A stretch of DNA of 64,000 nt from an uncultured delta proteobacterium (GCA_963789265.1 CAWBKB010000001.1:64001-128000), one strand, 5' to 3'. Numbered from the stretch's first letter, positions 20,811 through 32,125 are shown. The notes: generated by a model not told the origin, from the letters alone. Program-made: numbers and translations.

Positions 20811-21504
20811 TGTAAAGGAGATAACGGTTCAATACGGAAAGGCCACGGCAATAGATGGAATTTCCCTTTCTGTTGCCGAAGGGAGCGTCGTCGGTATGAT
20901 CGGGGCCAACGGAGCAGGCAAGACAACCGTTTTGAGGGCTATTTCCGGGCTGACACCGTTGCGCTCGGGGGAGATCTTCTTCGAGGGCAAGAGGATAGAC
21001 AAGACGGACCCGGCGGACATCGTGAGAATGGGTGTGATCCACATTCCTGAAGGCCGACGGCTCTTCCCGTATCTTTCGGTTATGAGCAACCTTAAACTTG
21101 GGGCCAGCCTGCGCAAGGATAAGGACGGGATCAAGAAAGACCTGGATGAGGTCTTCGGATACTTCCCTCGGCTCTATGGAAGAAGGAATCAAAAGGCCGG
21201 TACCCTGAGCGGTGGAGAACAGGAAATGCTGGCAATCGGTCGCGGCTTGATGGCCAAACCGAAACTCCTCCTCATGGATGAGCCTTCACTGGGGTTAGCA
21301 CCGATAGTGGTCAACGATCTGGCGGTTGTGATCAACAACGTCAACAGTGGGGGAGTGTCTGTGTTGCTCGTTGAGCAAAGCATTCCTTTGGTCCTTCGAG
21401 TTGCCGAACGGGGTTATGCACTGCAAGTGGGCAGGGTCGTGATGGATGCCGATATAGGAGACTTTAAGGCCGGCCTTGTCAAAAAGGCTTACCTGGGCGG
21501 ATGA
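20788..21504 (+). CDS. ABC ATPase (LivF-like)
   Basis: GANGAGKTT, LSGGEQ, DEPSLGLAP, AYLG. Confidence 0.92.
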   Translation: MAPTTLLSVKEITVQYGKATAIDGISLSVAEGSVVGMIGANGAGKTTVLRAISGLTPLRSGEIFFEGKRIDKTDPADIVRMGVIHIPEGRRLFPYLSVMSNLKLGASLRKDKDGIKKDLDEVFGYFPRLYGRRNQKAGTLSGGEQEMLAIGRGLMAKPKLLLMDEPSLGLAPIVVNDLAVVINNVNSGGVSVLLVEQSIPLVLRVAERGYALQVGRVVMDADIGDFKAGLVKKAYLGG

Positions 21505-21585
21505 GATAGACACCGATGTTTAACAGATGAACTATAGCAACTACGCAATCAAAGGAATTCATCAAGGCCCGGATAAGAGGACACT

Positions 21586-22371
21586 ATGGGTCGTTTAGAG
21601 AACAGAGTCGCCATCGTTACAGGGTCGAGTTCCGGTTTCGGCAGGGCCATTGCCAAGGCCTTTGCTGATGAAGATGCCAAAGTGGTTTGTTCCGACCTTC
21701 GTGTCGAAGCACGTGATGAAGGGTTTGAGATGGATCTTGGTGTTTCTACCCATGAAGCCATCCAAAAGGCCGGTCATGAAGCGGCATTTGTTTGCTGCGA
21801 CGTTTCAAAAGTTGGTGAGGTGAAGGCGTTAGTTGAGGCAGCGGCAGAAAAGTACGGTCGCCTTGATATTATGGTTGCCAACGCCGGTATCTTTCCGGGC
21901 TTGGCCAAAATCCATGAAACCACCGAGGATGATTATAGCCTGAGCATGAATGTCAATTGTAAGGGTCTCTGGAATTCCAACCAGCAAGCCATAGTCCAGC
22001 TCTTGAAACAGGGCATAGGTGGAAAGGTTATCAACATCATCTCCATAGGGGGCTTGGTCGGGATTCCCAAGGGAGCCGCTTATTGCACGGCGAAAGGAGC
22101 GGCATCGAACCTTACGCGGCAATTAGCCGTTGATTACGGCCGCGACGGGATTACCGTCAACGGAATTTGTCCCAATTTCGCAGCGACAGCCATGACCAGG
22201 CCCGCTTATCATGACAAGGGCATGCAATCGTTCGTACAGGGCCGGACCCCGCTCGGCCGATGGGCGACCTCAGAGGACGTGGCCAGGCTGGCCGTCTTTT
22301 TGGCATCGAGCGACGCAGATTACATAACTGGAGCGCTCATACCGGTCGATGGAGGGTACACAGCGCAATAG
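21586..22371 (+). CDS. Short-chain dehydrogenase/reductase
   Basis: TGSSSGFG, NAG, YCTAK, VDGG. Confidence 0.93.
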   Translation: MGRLENRVAIVTGSSSGFGRAIAKAFADEDAKVVCSDLRVEARDEGFEMDLGVSTHEAIQKAGHEAAFVCCDVSKVGEVKALVEAAAEKYGRLDIMVANAGIFPGLAKIHETTEDDYSLSMNVNCKGLWNSNQQAIVQLLKQGIGGKVINIISIGGLVGIPKGAAYCTAKGAASNLTRQLAVDYGRDGITVNGICPNFAATAMTRPAYHDKGMQSFVQGRTPLGRWATSEDVARLAVFLASSDADYITGALIPVDGGYTAQ

Positions 22372-22520
22372 GCGCTGCGGTGGTGCTGCCGGAAACCTGG
22401 CATTTTAACCCGCGTTGTGGCTGGTGGAATCCTTCGGATAGTGCAGACAGTGAACCAGGCAAACAGAGGCTGTCAGAATTAGATCGTGTCAGTCTTCAAT
22501 TCAAAACGAGGAGGCCGCTC

Positions 22521-23734
22521 ATGAGGACGAAAGGGTTTTTCTGGACCATGGGAAGTATTACGATGACTTCCCTATTTGTGCTACTGGTCTTTTCTTCCGT
22601 CGGATTTTCCGCTGAAAAGACTTTAAAGATCGGATGCATCACCGCTCTGACAGGCTTTGCTGCTCCCGGGGAGGGACCAATGGGGGTGGGCAGTAGCTTG
22701 GCCGCGGATTGGATCGACGAGAACGGCGGGATCACGATCAAAGGCGAGAAATACCGTGTAAAGCTTGTCACCGAGGACCATAAGAGCACTGCTGAGGGCG
22801 CGGCAGCCGCGGCTAACAAACTTGTCTACGAGGACAAAGTGAAGTTCATTATCGGCGGCATGATGCCCTTCACCAATATCGCCATAGGCGGCGTGACGGA
22901 ACCGGCTAGGGTTCTTCACGCATCAATCGGTAACTGTTCCGCCATCCCCGACGAATACGGACCCAAAACTCCTTACTCATTCTACACGATGAACGGCACC
23001 GCTGAAGACATCTGTACCATGCTTGACTACATCAAAGCGGACCACCCAGAGGTCAAAACGATTGCGGTCACCCAACCGGATGATGGCAGTATTCCCATTA
23101 TGCAGCCCAGGGTAATGCAGATCGCCAAAGAGCACGGGATGACCCTGTCAGGGGACGTGATCGGTTATGCTCTTGATACAGTGGATTTCACTCCCATCGC
23201 GAAGAAGATTCTTGCTCGCAACGCCGACGGGATATGTATTGTAAACGGCTGGCCATCCATGGTCGGGGTGTTCTAAAAATCGCCCGCCAATCCGGCTCCA
23301 CCAAGCTTATATGTAATGTCAATCATCCTCAAGCAGAGGACATTCTCAAAGTTGCAGGTTCAGAGAATTCAACAAACTTCTACTTCCATAGTCTTCTTCC
23401 GAACGATCCCAAGAACCAGCCTATAGTTGCCGAAGTGCTGCGCAGGCTCAAAGCCAAAACTGGTAATGGCGACAATCTGTGCTACGCATCCATTGGGTTT
23501 GATAACCTCTGGATGGTAGTTCAGGCCATCGAAGCAGCACAAAGCCTTGACCCGACGGTGGTAAGGGACAAGTGGCAAACGATGGACACCATGAAAAGCG
23601 TGTGGGGAACCGCGCACCGGGGTGGTTTGAAAACCTACGGGATGAATCATACAATGACTCATCCCTTGCCTGTAGTGAGCTATGTGAAAGGCCAACCGAA
23701 GACCATGAAGTGGGTGGATATAACGGCGCCATAG
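22521..23734 (+). CDS. HAAT ABC substrate-binding protein (frameshift near 23270)
   Basis: Signal peptide, LKIGCITALTG, ENGGITIKG, DFTPI, AIEAAQSLD. Confidence 0.85.
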
Positions 23735-23898
23735 TATGCTTGGTTGCTGCTTCTGGACCCGGGGCAGGCTCAGAGCACTGCCCTAGGTCTTTTGGGGGCC
23801 GACAGATCCATTTTACATCATCAAGTAGGTCGCCGCTGCCTCGTATAGAGAAGAACGGAATGCGAGGGCCTCAAAGCACACACGGGAGCACAGCGAAG

Positions 23899-26602
23899 AT
23901 GTCGAAGACAGCGAGTCTAGGAGAGCTCAAGCGCATCCGTACTACCTGCCGTGCCTGCGGGAAGATGGAATGCGGGGTTTGGGTGACAGTCAAGAACGGC
24001 CGTGCCATCAAGATTGAGGGTGACCTCTCTGCACATCAGAGCAGAGGGAATTGTTGTACCAAGAGTATGGCATCGCTCCAGGCTGTGTATCACCCCGACC
24101 GCATCAAGTATCCAATGAAACGCACTCGACCCAAGGGAGAAGATCCCGGCTGGGTGAGGATTTCGTGGGATGAGGCATTGGAGACGACCGCCACGAAGCT
24201 GAAAGAGATCCAGAGTAAATACGGCGGCAAGAGCATCTTTACTATGAACGGTACGATGCGAATTTGGTCGATGGGCGGCTATGCGGCTCTAAGGCAATTG
24301 GTTCAGACACCGAACTGCATCGTGACCTACCAGGTGTGCAAGGGGCCTCGACATTTCGCCACCAAACTCACCGATGAATTCGGTTCCAGTTGGATGGCTA
24401 CAGTGGACAACCCAAAGGTCTACGTTCAGTGGGGAGCATCTCCGGAGATTTCAAACTACGACGATTCCGGGCGCACTACTGTCGATGCATATACCAGGGC
24501 GCAAACTGTACATCAGCGTTAATCCCCGCTTGTCCAATGCGGGAAAGGAGGCCCACATCTGGCTGCCTTTGAGACCCGGAACTGATGCGGCCATGGCCCT
24601 ATCCTGGATCGACGTTATCATCACTAATAAGCTTTATGACCCCCTGTTTTGCAAGCGATGGACGAACGGCCCTTTCCTTTACTGCCCAGACATTGAACCC
24701 GGCGGAGGCACCCACGACAACGGCTGGGGCTTTGAGTTCCAGCTCAAGACGAGGTTGCTCAAAGAAAGCGATATAGTAGAAGGTGGGAATCCAAAGCGGT
24801 TCATGGTCTGGGACAATGTCAACAGCAGACTCACCTACTTCGACGCCGAAGTCATGCTTTGGGAAGGCGAAATTTTCCGGCCACCGACCAGTGGTACCGA
24901 GGTTCAGGGAGGATTTCTTCCCGAGCCATCGAAGTTCGATCCGCCCATTGACCCGGCAATCTTCGGTGAATTCACGGTAACACTGAGGGACGGCAAGAAA
25001 TCGAAGGTCACCCCCGTCTTTCAGCTCCTGGCTGAACGTGCGGCCCGGTATGCCCCCGAGCACGCCGAAAAGATCACGGGCGTCCCTGCTGAAAAAATAG
25101 AGCTTGCAGCCAAGACCTATGCCACCCGGCTTCATGAGCGTTGCGGAAACGGCGGCATCCAGTACATGTTGGGAGTCGAACATGGAGGCAATTGCATTCA
25201 GGCCGTCCGCGCTCTGGCCTTGCTGGTCGGCATTACCGGCAACTTCGATGGGCCCGGCGGAAACAGAGGACCCACCAAGGCGAACATTATCCAGTCCGTA
25301 GGCGGGTTCGCGCCGGGCGCTCCGCCGCCGCCGTCCGATGAGATCCTCGGCCTAGATCGGTTCCCTCTGCTCAAGTGGTGGGGAGGTATATGGGCCGATG
25401 CAACCTCAGTCTGGGAGGCAATCCATACCGGCGAACCGTATCCTGTCAAGGCCGGCATATGCCAGTCCAGCACCTTCGCGACCATGTGTAATTCCGCCTA
25501 TACCTGGGAGGCCCTGAAAAAGCTTGACTTCTTCGTGGTCATAGACCTCTGGCGCCATCCGACTGTAGAAATGGCCGATATCGTCTTTCCAGCCTGCCAC
25601 TGGCTAGAGGTGGACTGTCCGCGCATATCCCAGGGCAGCAGCGGAGGCGCCGGCGCCAACGTCCGGTGCATTGAGCCACCTGGTGAGTGCAAGCCCGATT
25701 ATGAATTTGTGCAGCTTCTATTCAAAGCAATGAGAGTGCCTTACGGTCCCGATCCCAAGGATCCGTGGCCCGGTGTGGAAGCAGATCTTGACCAGTCTGT
25801 GACCGGACTGGGGATGACCTGGAGGGAGTACAAGGAGAAATTCCAGAAGGAGGGATGGTTCGACGTCAAGAAGCTATTCCCCAAGCATTGGGGCACTTAC
25901 CGACGCTATGAAATGGGCGTTCAGCATCGGCCGCTCCGGACCGTCGGAAAGGGATTGATGGATGAATTCTTTATGGTGGACACGGACCGCGAGTTGGTAC
26001 CGGGATTCAACACTCCCACGGGTAAACAGGAGATCTGGTCCACCGTCATGGAGACCTTCCTTCCGGGACAAGACTATGAGCTCCCCAACCATGAAGAGCC
26101 TCCCGAGAGCCCAATCCGTACACCGGAGATCTACGAAAAGTATCCGATTACAATGATCACCGGGCGGCGTATTCCGGTCTACTTCCACACCGAACACCGC
26201 CAGTTGCCGTGGTGCCGCGAGCAGTGGCCGGCTCCACTGGTTGAAATCAACCCAGAAACAGCCGCAAAGTACGGCATCAAGCAGGGTGATTGGGTTTGGA
26301 TCGAGAACGACAGGGGGCGCATGCGCCAGCAGGCCGATCTCTACCACGGAATTGCTCCAGACGTCATCAACTGCGAGCACTCGTGGTGGTATCCGGAGGC
26401 TCCCGCCCCGGAGCACGGCTGGAGGTACTCGTGTGTCAACCAGCTTGTCGACAGTCGTTCTCAGGACCCGATCTGCGGTTCAGTCCATCTCCGCGGTTAT
26501 CCGGTCAGGATTTACAAGGCCGAAGAAGGTGCCCCTGAAGGAATAATTACTTCGAGCGACGCCCCGATGCTGGGGCAATGGTTGCCGCCCAACGAGGAGT
26601 AG
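23899..26602 (+). CDS. bis-MGD molybdopterin oxidoreductase, catechol dehydroxylase (Dadh/Hcdh)-like catalytic subunit (frameshift near 24500)
   Basis: CRACGKMEC..C 4Fe-4S motif, YHPDR..YPMKRT, QVCKGPRHFAT, SNYDD, LRPGTD, GNGGIQYML, TGRRIPVYFH; no Tat signal. Confidence 0.85.
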
Positions 26603-26607
26603 GCGTG

Positions 26608-27216
26608 ATGCGAAACGCAATAGTCTGCGATCTGGATCGCTGTACGGGTTGTCTGACCTGTTCGGTAGCGTGCAAGATGGAGAATAAAGTTCCCATTGGC
26701 TCCGCCCATACCAGAGTTATGAGGATAGGCCCCAACCCGAAACGTGAGGGCGCGCGGTTCCCGGACGTCGAACTGTACTTTCTGCCGCTCTCGTGCCAGC
26801 ACTGCTCCGACCCTGAGTGCATCAGCGTGTGTCCCACCGAGGCTTCGTACAAGGCCCTGGATGGGGCAGTGCTGATCGACGCGGAAAAGTGCAATGGCTG
26901 CAAGTTGTGTATAGAAGCCTGTCCGTATGGCACCCGTCATTACAATTCACAACGAGATATTGTTGAAAAATGCACCATGTGCAACCACCTAGTGGTCCAG
27001 GGCGAAGAGCCTATGTGTGTATCGCAATGCGTCGGACGAGCTCTCGTGTTCGGAGATCTGGACGATCCCCATAGCCCTGTGTCTGTGATGATCGCCGCCG
27101 CCGGGGACCATGTGTACAGCTTGCTCGACGCAGGCAATCATCCGCCGTTCAAGTACATCCTCCGGAAGGCAAAGTGGAGAGAGTATCCAAGACCAGGTTC
27201 TGAGAGTTGTGTTTAA
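26608..27216 (+). CDS. 4Fe-4S dicluster electron-transfer subunit (DmsB-like)
   Basis: CTGCLTCSVAC, CQHC..PEC...CP, CNGCKLCIEACP, KCTMC...C...C. Confidence 0.93.
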   Translation: MRNAIVCDLDRCTGCLTCSVACKMENKVPIGSAHTRVMRIGPNPKREGARFPDVELYFLPLSCQHCSDPECISVCPTEASYKALDGAVLIDAEKCNGCKLCIEACPYGTRHYNSQRDIVEKCTMCNHLVVQGEEPMCVSQCVGRALVFGDLDDPHSPVSVMIAAAGDHVYSLLDAGNHPPFKYILRKAKWREYPRPGSESCV

Positions 27217-27308
27217 CCGGAGTTTCCGCTGGAGGGCTAAACAAAGTGGTTTTATGGGTATGATATGGATTGGTTATGAGGAATTTTCATGACGCCCCAA
27301 TGCCGAGG

Positions 27309-27545
27309 CTACCTTTTGCAATGAGAGGATAGCACAAACATCTTGGCTTGGAGCTTCGATCTGTCGGAGATGATTTTGAAGAGCTTCCCTGAGGCGGTTA
27401 CCCAGAGCCTCAGCGAGAGGTCGGACAGTTCGTCTTTGATGATCTCCAGGCTGAGCAAGATTCCTTGCTTCCTGAGCCTGAGTTGGAGAAGCGTCAGCAA
27501 AAGCAGGCCCAGGATGCAGGTGAATGCGTGCATCACGATCTGGGG
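27309..27545 (-). pseudogene. Transposase C-terminal remnant (IS1634-like)
   Basis: HAFTCILGLLLLTLLQ...ELSDL...RSKLQAKMF; truncated at the RAYT repeat. Confidence 0.5.
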
Positions 27546-27548
27546 ATG

Positions 27549-28581
27549 GGGTCAAGTCTACTCTTGACTCATAGGAGGGTTCGCTCGATCGCTTGCACTT
27601 TCCTTCTCAGGTTCCTGTCGCTCGCGATCTTTTGCTTCATGCGAGAAACCACGCTGCTCACACTGCTGTAATGCTCCAGTCCAAAGGCATCTCCTATGGT
27701 TGACAGTGTTTGACCGGAGAGCCGTCTGGCAAGATAGACTGCCACGTTCCTGGCGTCGTTGCTCATTCCTCTTCTGCTCGACAGCAGCTCATTGCGATCT
27801 ATGCAATAGCTCGCGCATACGGCAGATTGTATCGCCTCCAATCCCGGAACGAGTAACCGTGAGGCAGGCATCTCTCGATGAGATCGGAGGCTCTGAAAGT
27901 TTGCCTTCACCCAGCCCACAAACTCATCTGATCCCAGAAGCGACGGGACATTTCTTTTGGACAACACTGCCGTGAACTCCTCTGATTCGTCCTGCACCAT
28001 GAACTCCCGGTAGGCCCTTGCCGAATCCTCTCCAGCCCGGCACAGCATGGAGAACACCATTTCCCTGTATAGCCAAGCCCATCTAGCTGAAAGGGACAAA
28101 TAAGCTATGTGGCTGCTCCAGAGGTATCGATCGAGTCGACTCACCAACCCGGCCCGCAATGGATTCCGGTGAATATATCGGACCAAATCGAGCAGATACG
28201 TGTCGGCCTCTACGAGAATGGCCTTGTAACGGCCTCGGAAGAGAGAGCCGTCGCACTTGTGGAACCAGTTGAATCGCTGAGTGTATACGCCGTCCACATG
28301 CCTCATAAACCGTGAAAGGTTAGCATCCGGAGTCTGGACCAACAGGTGGTAGTGATTCGGCATCAGGCAAAATGCTGCAATCCTGACATTCCACATGGTG
28401 GAGCCTGCCCGTAAATGTTCCATAAATCGCTGACAATCTTCCCGTCCGGGAAAAATCACTTCGTCGCGTCTGCCCCTGTTCATCACATGGTACCAGGCAT
28501 CTGGATATTGAATTCGTAATGGCCGCGACATGGACCAGCCATACCACCACGTCCGGTATGAGTCAAGAGCAGACTTGACCC
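27549..28581 (-). mobile_element. RAYT-like Y1 element bounded by 25-bp inverted repeats
   Basis: gggtcaagtctactcttgactcata (27549-27573) vs tatgagtcaagagcagacttgaccc (28557-28581), 24/25 complementary; each repeat is internally palindromic. Confidence 0.85.
27569..28531 (-). CDS. REP-associated tyrosine (Y1/HUH) transposase with C-terminal DnaA_C-like HTH
   Basis: MSRPLRI.YP.AWYHVMNRG, FCLMPNHYHLL, LFRGRYKA, RYIHRNP, WSSH; C-terminal ARNVAVYLAR...LSTIG..FG.EHYSSV. Confidence 0.9.
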   Translation of the reverse strand: MSRPLRIQYPDAWYHVMNRGRRDEVIFPGREDCQRFMEHLRAGSTMWNVRIAAFCLMPNHYHLLVQTPDANLSRFMRHVDGVYTQRFNWFHKCDGSLFRGRYKAILVEADTYLLDLVRYIHRNPLRAGLVSRLDRYLWSSHIAYLSLSARWAWLYREMVFSMLCRAGEDSARAYREFMVQDESEEFTAVLSKRNVPSLLGSDEFVGWVKANFQSLRSHREMPASRLLVPGLEAIQSAVCASYCIDRNELLSSRRGMSNDARNVAVYLARRLSGQTLSTIGDAFGLEHYSSVSSVVSRMKQKIASDRNLRRKVQAIERTLL

Positions 28582-28967
28582 TTTTTTTGCACGAATCGCG
28601 AATATTTGTTAGATGAAGTAGGAACAAGGGTGGGGCGGCAAAAATGATTCTAGAACTGCATGATGAACGAGGGCGATTGCCCCTGTTTTCATTTTGAATA
28701 GGTTAGTTTGAAACTGTCTCTTCGCATCGCCAGGCATAGAAATTTTCTGGGGGATTCAAGACGCGGGACCTGTTCGCTGCCGTACTTTCCAGAGGGAGGT
28801 GGCACCGTAATTCCGCTTTATCCTGAATGGACCCTCTGGGTCATGTCCTGCAGGACCGAGCCTCACTACTCGTAGTTACAGCGCCGCCGAAAGAGCAAGG
28901 CATTCGGAAAATACTCGGCAACCCCAACAAAAAAGAGTAACATTTACGGAGCTGAAGGAATGACCCA

Positions 28968-30563
28968 ATGAATGGAAAGCGTTTTTGTCAACCGGGAGTC
29001 GGTTCTTCCGGCATTCCGAGAGCGACCGGTCTCGCTGAAGTAAGGCCCGGTAGCCGAGTGTTGAACTGGGACAAGTTCATTCTTGGCCTGAAAAAGACCA
29101 CCAAAGAGTTCATAGAGAATGTCCTGGAAAACATAATAGAATCCATTGTGGTGGCGAGCTTGGACGGGCGGCTGGTTTTCTTCAATAAGTTCTCCGAAGA
29201 GATGTTCGAATACCGAGCGGAGGAAGTACTCAACCGGCACATAGTCATCCTTGGAGCCCATGAGCCGGATGTTCTCGGCCATATTCGACAGAACAAGTCC
29301 TTTCACGGAGAAATCATTCTAAAGACTAAAGGGGGACGACGGTTCCCCGCGCACGTCCGCTGCGTGCCGCTACGTGATGAAACTGATCGCCCCATCGCCA
29401 TGGTAGGCGTGGCCCGAGACCTGACCCGCGAAAAAGATTCGGATTTTATTGACCGCAAAGTGGCTCATCTGGAAGCCTTCAACGAGAATTTGATTTCCTC
29501 TCTTAACGATGGAATCCAGATAATCGATATCCAGGGATTCATAACCTTCGCAAACAATCGCCTGGAGGACCTCCTGGAATACGGGCGAGGCGAACTGGCG
29601 GGAGTACACTACTCTGAAGTGGTTATTTCAGAGGGATGCCCGCTTTTTGAGACGCTTATCGAAGCAGAGGGAGGTGCGCCGGGACGCTTTTCGTTCGAAA
29701 CGAGGTTCGTAACGAGTTCGGGCACGAGGATCGCGGTACTTGTCAACGGCTCACCTTTTATAGACCCTGCCGGCGGTATGGGCATAATTGCTGCGGTTAC
29801 CGACGTGTCGGAGGTTCAGAGGCTCAAAGAAGAGCTGTTTCAGTCCGAGAAAATGTCGCTCATTGGCACGTTGGCCAGTGAGGTGGCGCACGAAATCAAC
29901 AATCCGCTGGGCGGGCTGATCATGGCAGTGCAGATGCTGACTGAAGATATCCAGCACGGCAACCTGGAACCTGGCAATTTTCTCCACGAACTTGCTGAAA
30001 TCGAGGCAGACGCCCGCCGATGCAGGAGAATCGTTCAGAAACTCCTGCAATTCTCGAGGCGGGTGCCTGAAGAAAATACTCCGCTGGATTTGAACAACGT
30101 GATCGAAGAGGCGATGCTCTTGGTACAGCGTCAGGCAGAACTCGACGATATCTCCTTTTTCAAGTCTTACGCAGACAATTTGCCCCCAGTAAAGGGGAAC
30201 TCCAATGACCTCCAGCAAGTCTTCATAAACCTGATGAAAAATGCACGAGACGCTATGCCTCAGGGGGGCCGCATCGGCGTGTCCACAAACAGACTGCTCG
30301 AGGAAGGGGATGAATTCGTCTGTGTGCACATCTCTGACACTGGGTCGGGAGTATCGCCCGTAGTCGCGGACCGGGTGTTCGAATCATTTTTCACCACAAA
30401 AGAGAGAGGCAAAGGTACCGGTCTCGGATTGGCAGTCAGCAAACGGATCGTAAAGGAGCATGGTGGACGTATCGGTTTTACAAGCAATCCCGGGGAAGGA
30501 GCCGTATTCTGGGTCATCCTCCCTGCGGCAGTCGGCGCAGAATGCGGAGACAACGATGACTGA
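28968..30563 (+). CDS. Cytoplasmic sensor histidine kinase with two PAS domains (start may be 29058)
   Basis: Two PAS repeats, AHEINNPL, QVFINL..NA, DTGSG, FFTTK..GKGTGLGL; no TM segment. Confidence 0.92.
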   Translation: MNGKRFCQPGVGSSGIPRATGLAEVRPGSRVLNWDKFILGLKKTTKEFIENVLENIIESIVVASLDGRLVFFNKFSEEMFEYRAEEVLNRHIVILGAHEPDVLGHIRQNKSFHGEIILKTKGGRRFPAHVRCVPLRDETDRPIAMVGVARDLTREKDSDFIDRKVAHLEAFNENLISSLNDGIQIIDIQGFITFANNRLEDLLEYGRGELAGVHYSEVVISEGCPLFETLIEAEGGAPGRFSFETRFVTSSGTRIAVLVNGSPFIDPAGGMGIIAAVTDVSEVQRLKEELFQSEKMSLIGTLASEVAHEINNPLGGLIMAVQMLTEDIQHGNLEPGNFLHELAEIEADARRCRRIVQKLLQFSRRVPEENTPLDLNNVIEEAMLLVQRQAELDDISFFKSYADNLPPVKGNSNDLQQVFINLMKNARDAMPQGGRIGVSTNRLLEEGDEFVCVHISDTGSGVSPVVADRVFESFFTTKERGKGTGLGLAVSKRIVKEHGGRIGFTSNPGEGAVFWVILPAAVGAECGDNDD

Positions 30564-31969
30564 GAGTGTCCGCATCCTCGTGGTGGACGACGAAGACTCA
30601 GTTCGCAAGCGATGCGTTCGATTGCTTGCTCGGCATGGCTATGACGTCGTAGGAGCGAGAGACAGCAAGGCCGCCCTGAATATAGTTCAAACCACATCCT
30701 GCGATGTCATGCTGGTGGATATCCGCATGCCCGGAATGGACGGTTCTGGAGCTTCTCAAACGGGTGAAGGCATTTTCCCATTCCATCGAGGTGATCATGA
30801 TGACAGGATACGCTGCGGTGGAGACCGCTGTGAAAGCCATGAAATGCGGAGCTTATGATTACCTGGCCAAGCCTTTTGAACCGGAAGAACTCCTTCATGT
30901 AATTCAAAATGTAGCTGAGAAGAAGCGCCTGCAGAGAGAAATTACGGAACTGCGCGGACAGCTCAGAGAGCATCAGGAAAGCCCTCTGGTCGGTAATTCC
31001 GGGGCTATGGCTGCAATTATTCGTTTCATCGACAAGGTTGCTCCAGTAGACTGCAACATTCTGTTGCAGGGAGAAAGCGGCACCGGAAAGGAATTGGTAG
31101 CCAAGAGGATTCACGCGAGCAGCCCCAGGAGCCAGTTACCCTTTGTGGTAGCCGATTGCGCCGCACTGTCGGGAGCCCTGCTCGACAGCGAACTCTTCGG
31201 GCACGTAAAGGGGGCCTTTACTAGTGCGTACACCACTCGCAGAGGGTATTTCGAATCAGCGGACCGGGGGACGATATTCCTCGATGAAATTGCCGAGTTG
31301 CCGCTGGATTTGCAAGGGAAGCTTCTGCGAGCCGTCGAGGAAAACGTAGTATTCAGGATTGGTTCCAGCGATCCGATCAAAGCCGATGTCCGAATAATTG
31401 CCGCCACCAACAAAAACCTGGAAGATTACGTGTCAAAGGGCCTTTTCAGGCATGATCTCTTTTACCGGCTGAACGTGGTAGGACTCACTATTCCTCCCCT
31501 ACGTGAGCGGTCGGAGGACATTCCCCTCCTTATAAAATACTTTTCAAGTCGGTCTGCAGCCCTGCTCGGTCTCTCGAAGCTCCCTCAGATGTCTCCGGAG
31601 GTCCAGAATTCCTTGACGGCCTATGATTGGCCGGGGAATGTCAGAGAGCTGGAAAACGCTGTGTACAGGGCGTTGGTGCTGGCCGAGGACGAGCAACTGT
31701 CAGTGCATCACATGCTCCCGGTCAGTGCCTGGGGGGGTGCTTCTCATACGGTGTCCGCTCCGGCCGGCGATAAGAATTTTAAGACTCTGCGCCGACAAGT
31801 TGCCCAAGATTTTACCAAGAACTACCTGGAATCCTGCCTCAGGCTCTATGGTGGAAACGTTACGTTGGCCGCTAATGCCTTGGGCATGCGTCGAACTTCT
31901 TTGCAGAGACTCCTCAAGCGGGTCGGGCTGGATGCCGGAAAATTCCGGGGACAGGTGCCTCTCAAATAG
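30556..31969 (+). CDS. NtrC-family sigma54-dependent response regulator (frameshift near 30743)
   Basis: ILVVDDE, DIRMPGMDG, GESGTGKE, ELFGHVKGAFTSA, FLDEI, WPGNVREL, C-terminal HTH. Confidence 0.9.
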
Positions 31970-32125
31970 AGGCGGGCCTCCTATCCTGTCGTCCCCAAAA
32001 AGTTAAAGTTCGTAGGCTATTAGTGATGTCAGATGCCTCCCTGAAGAGGCAGATAGTCGTCACAATCCGCGATGCCCACCGCGCTACATCCTCAAGATTT
32101 CAAGGCTTATCTCTGGTCTTCGTCC

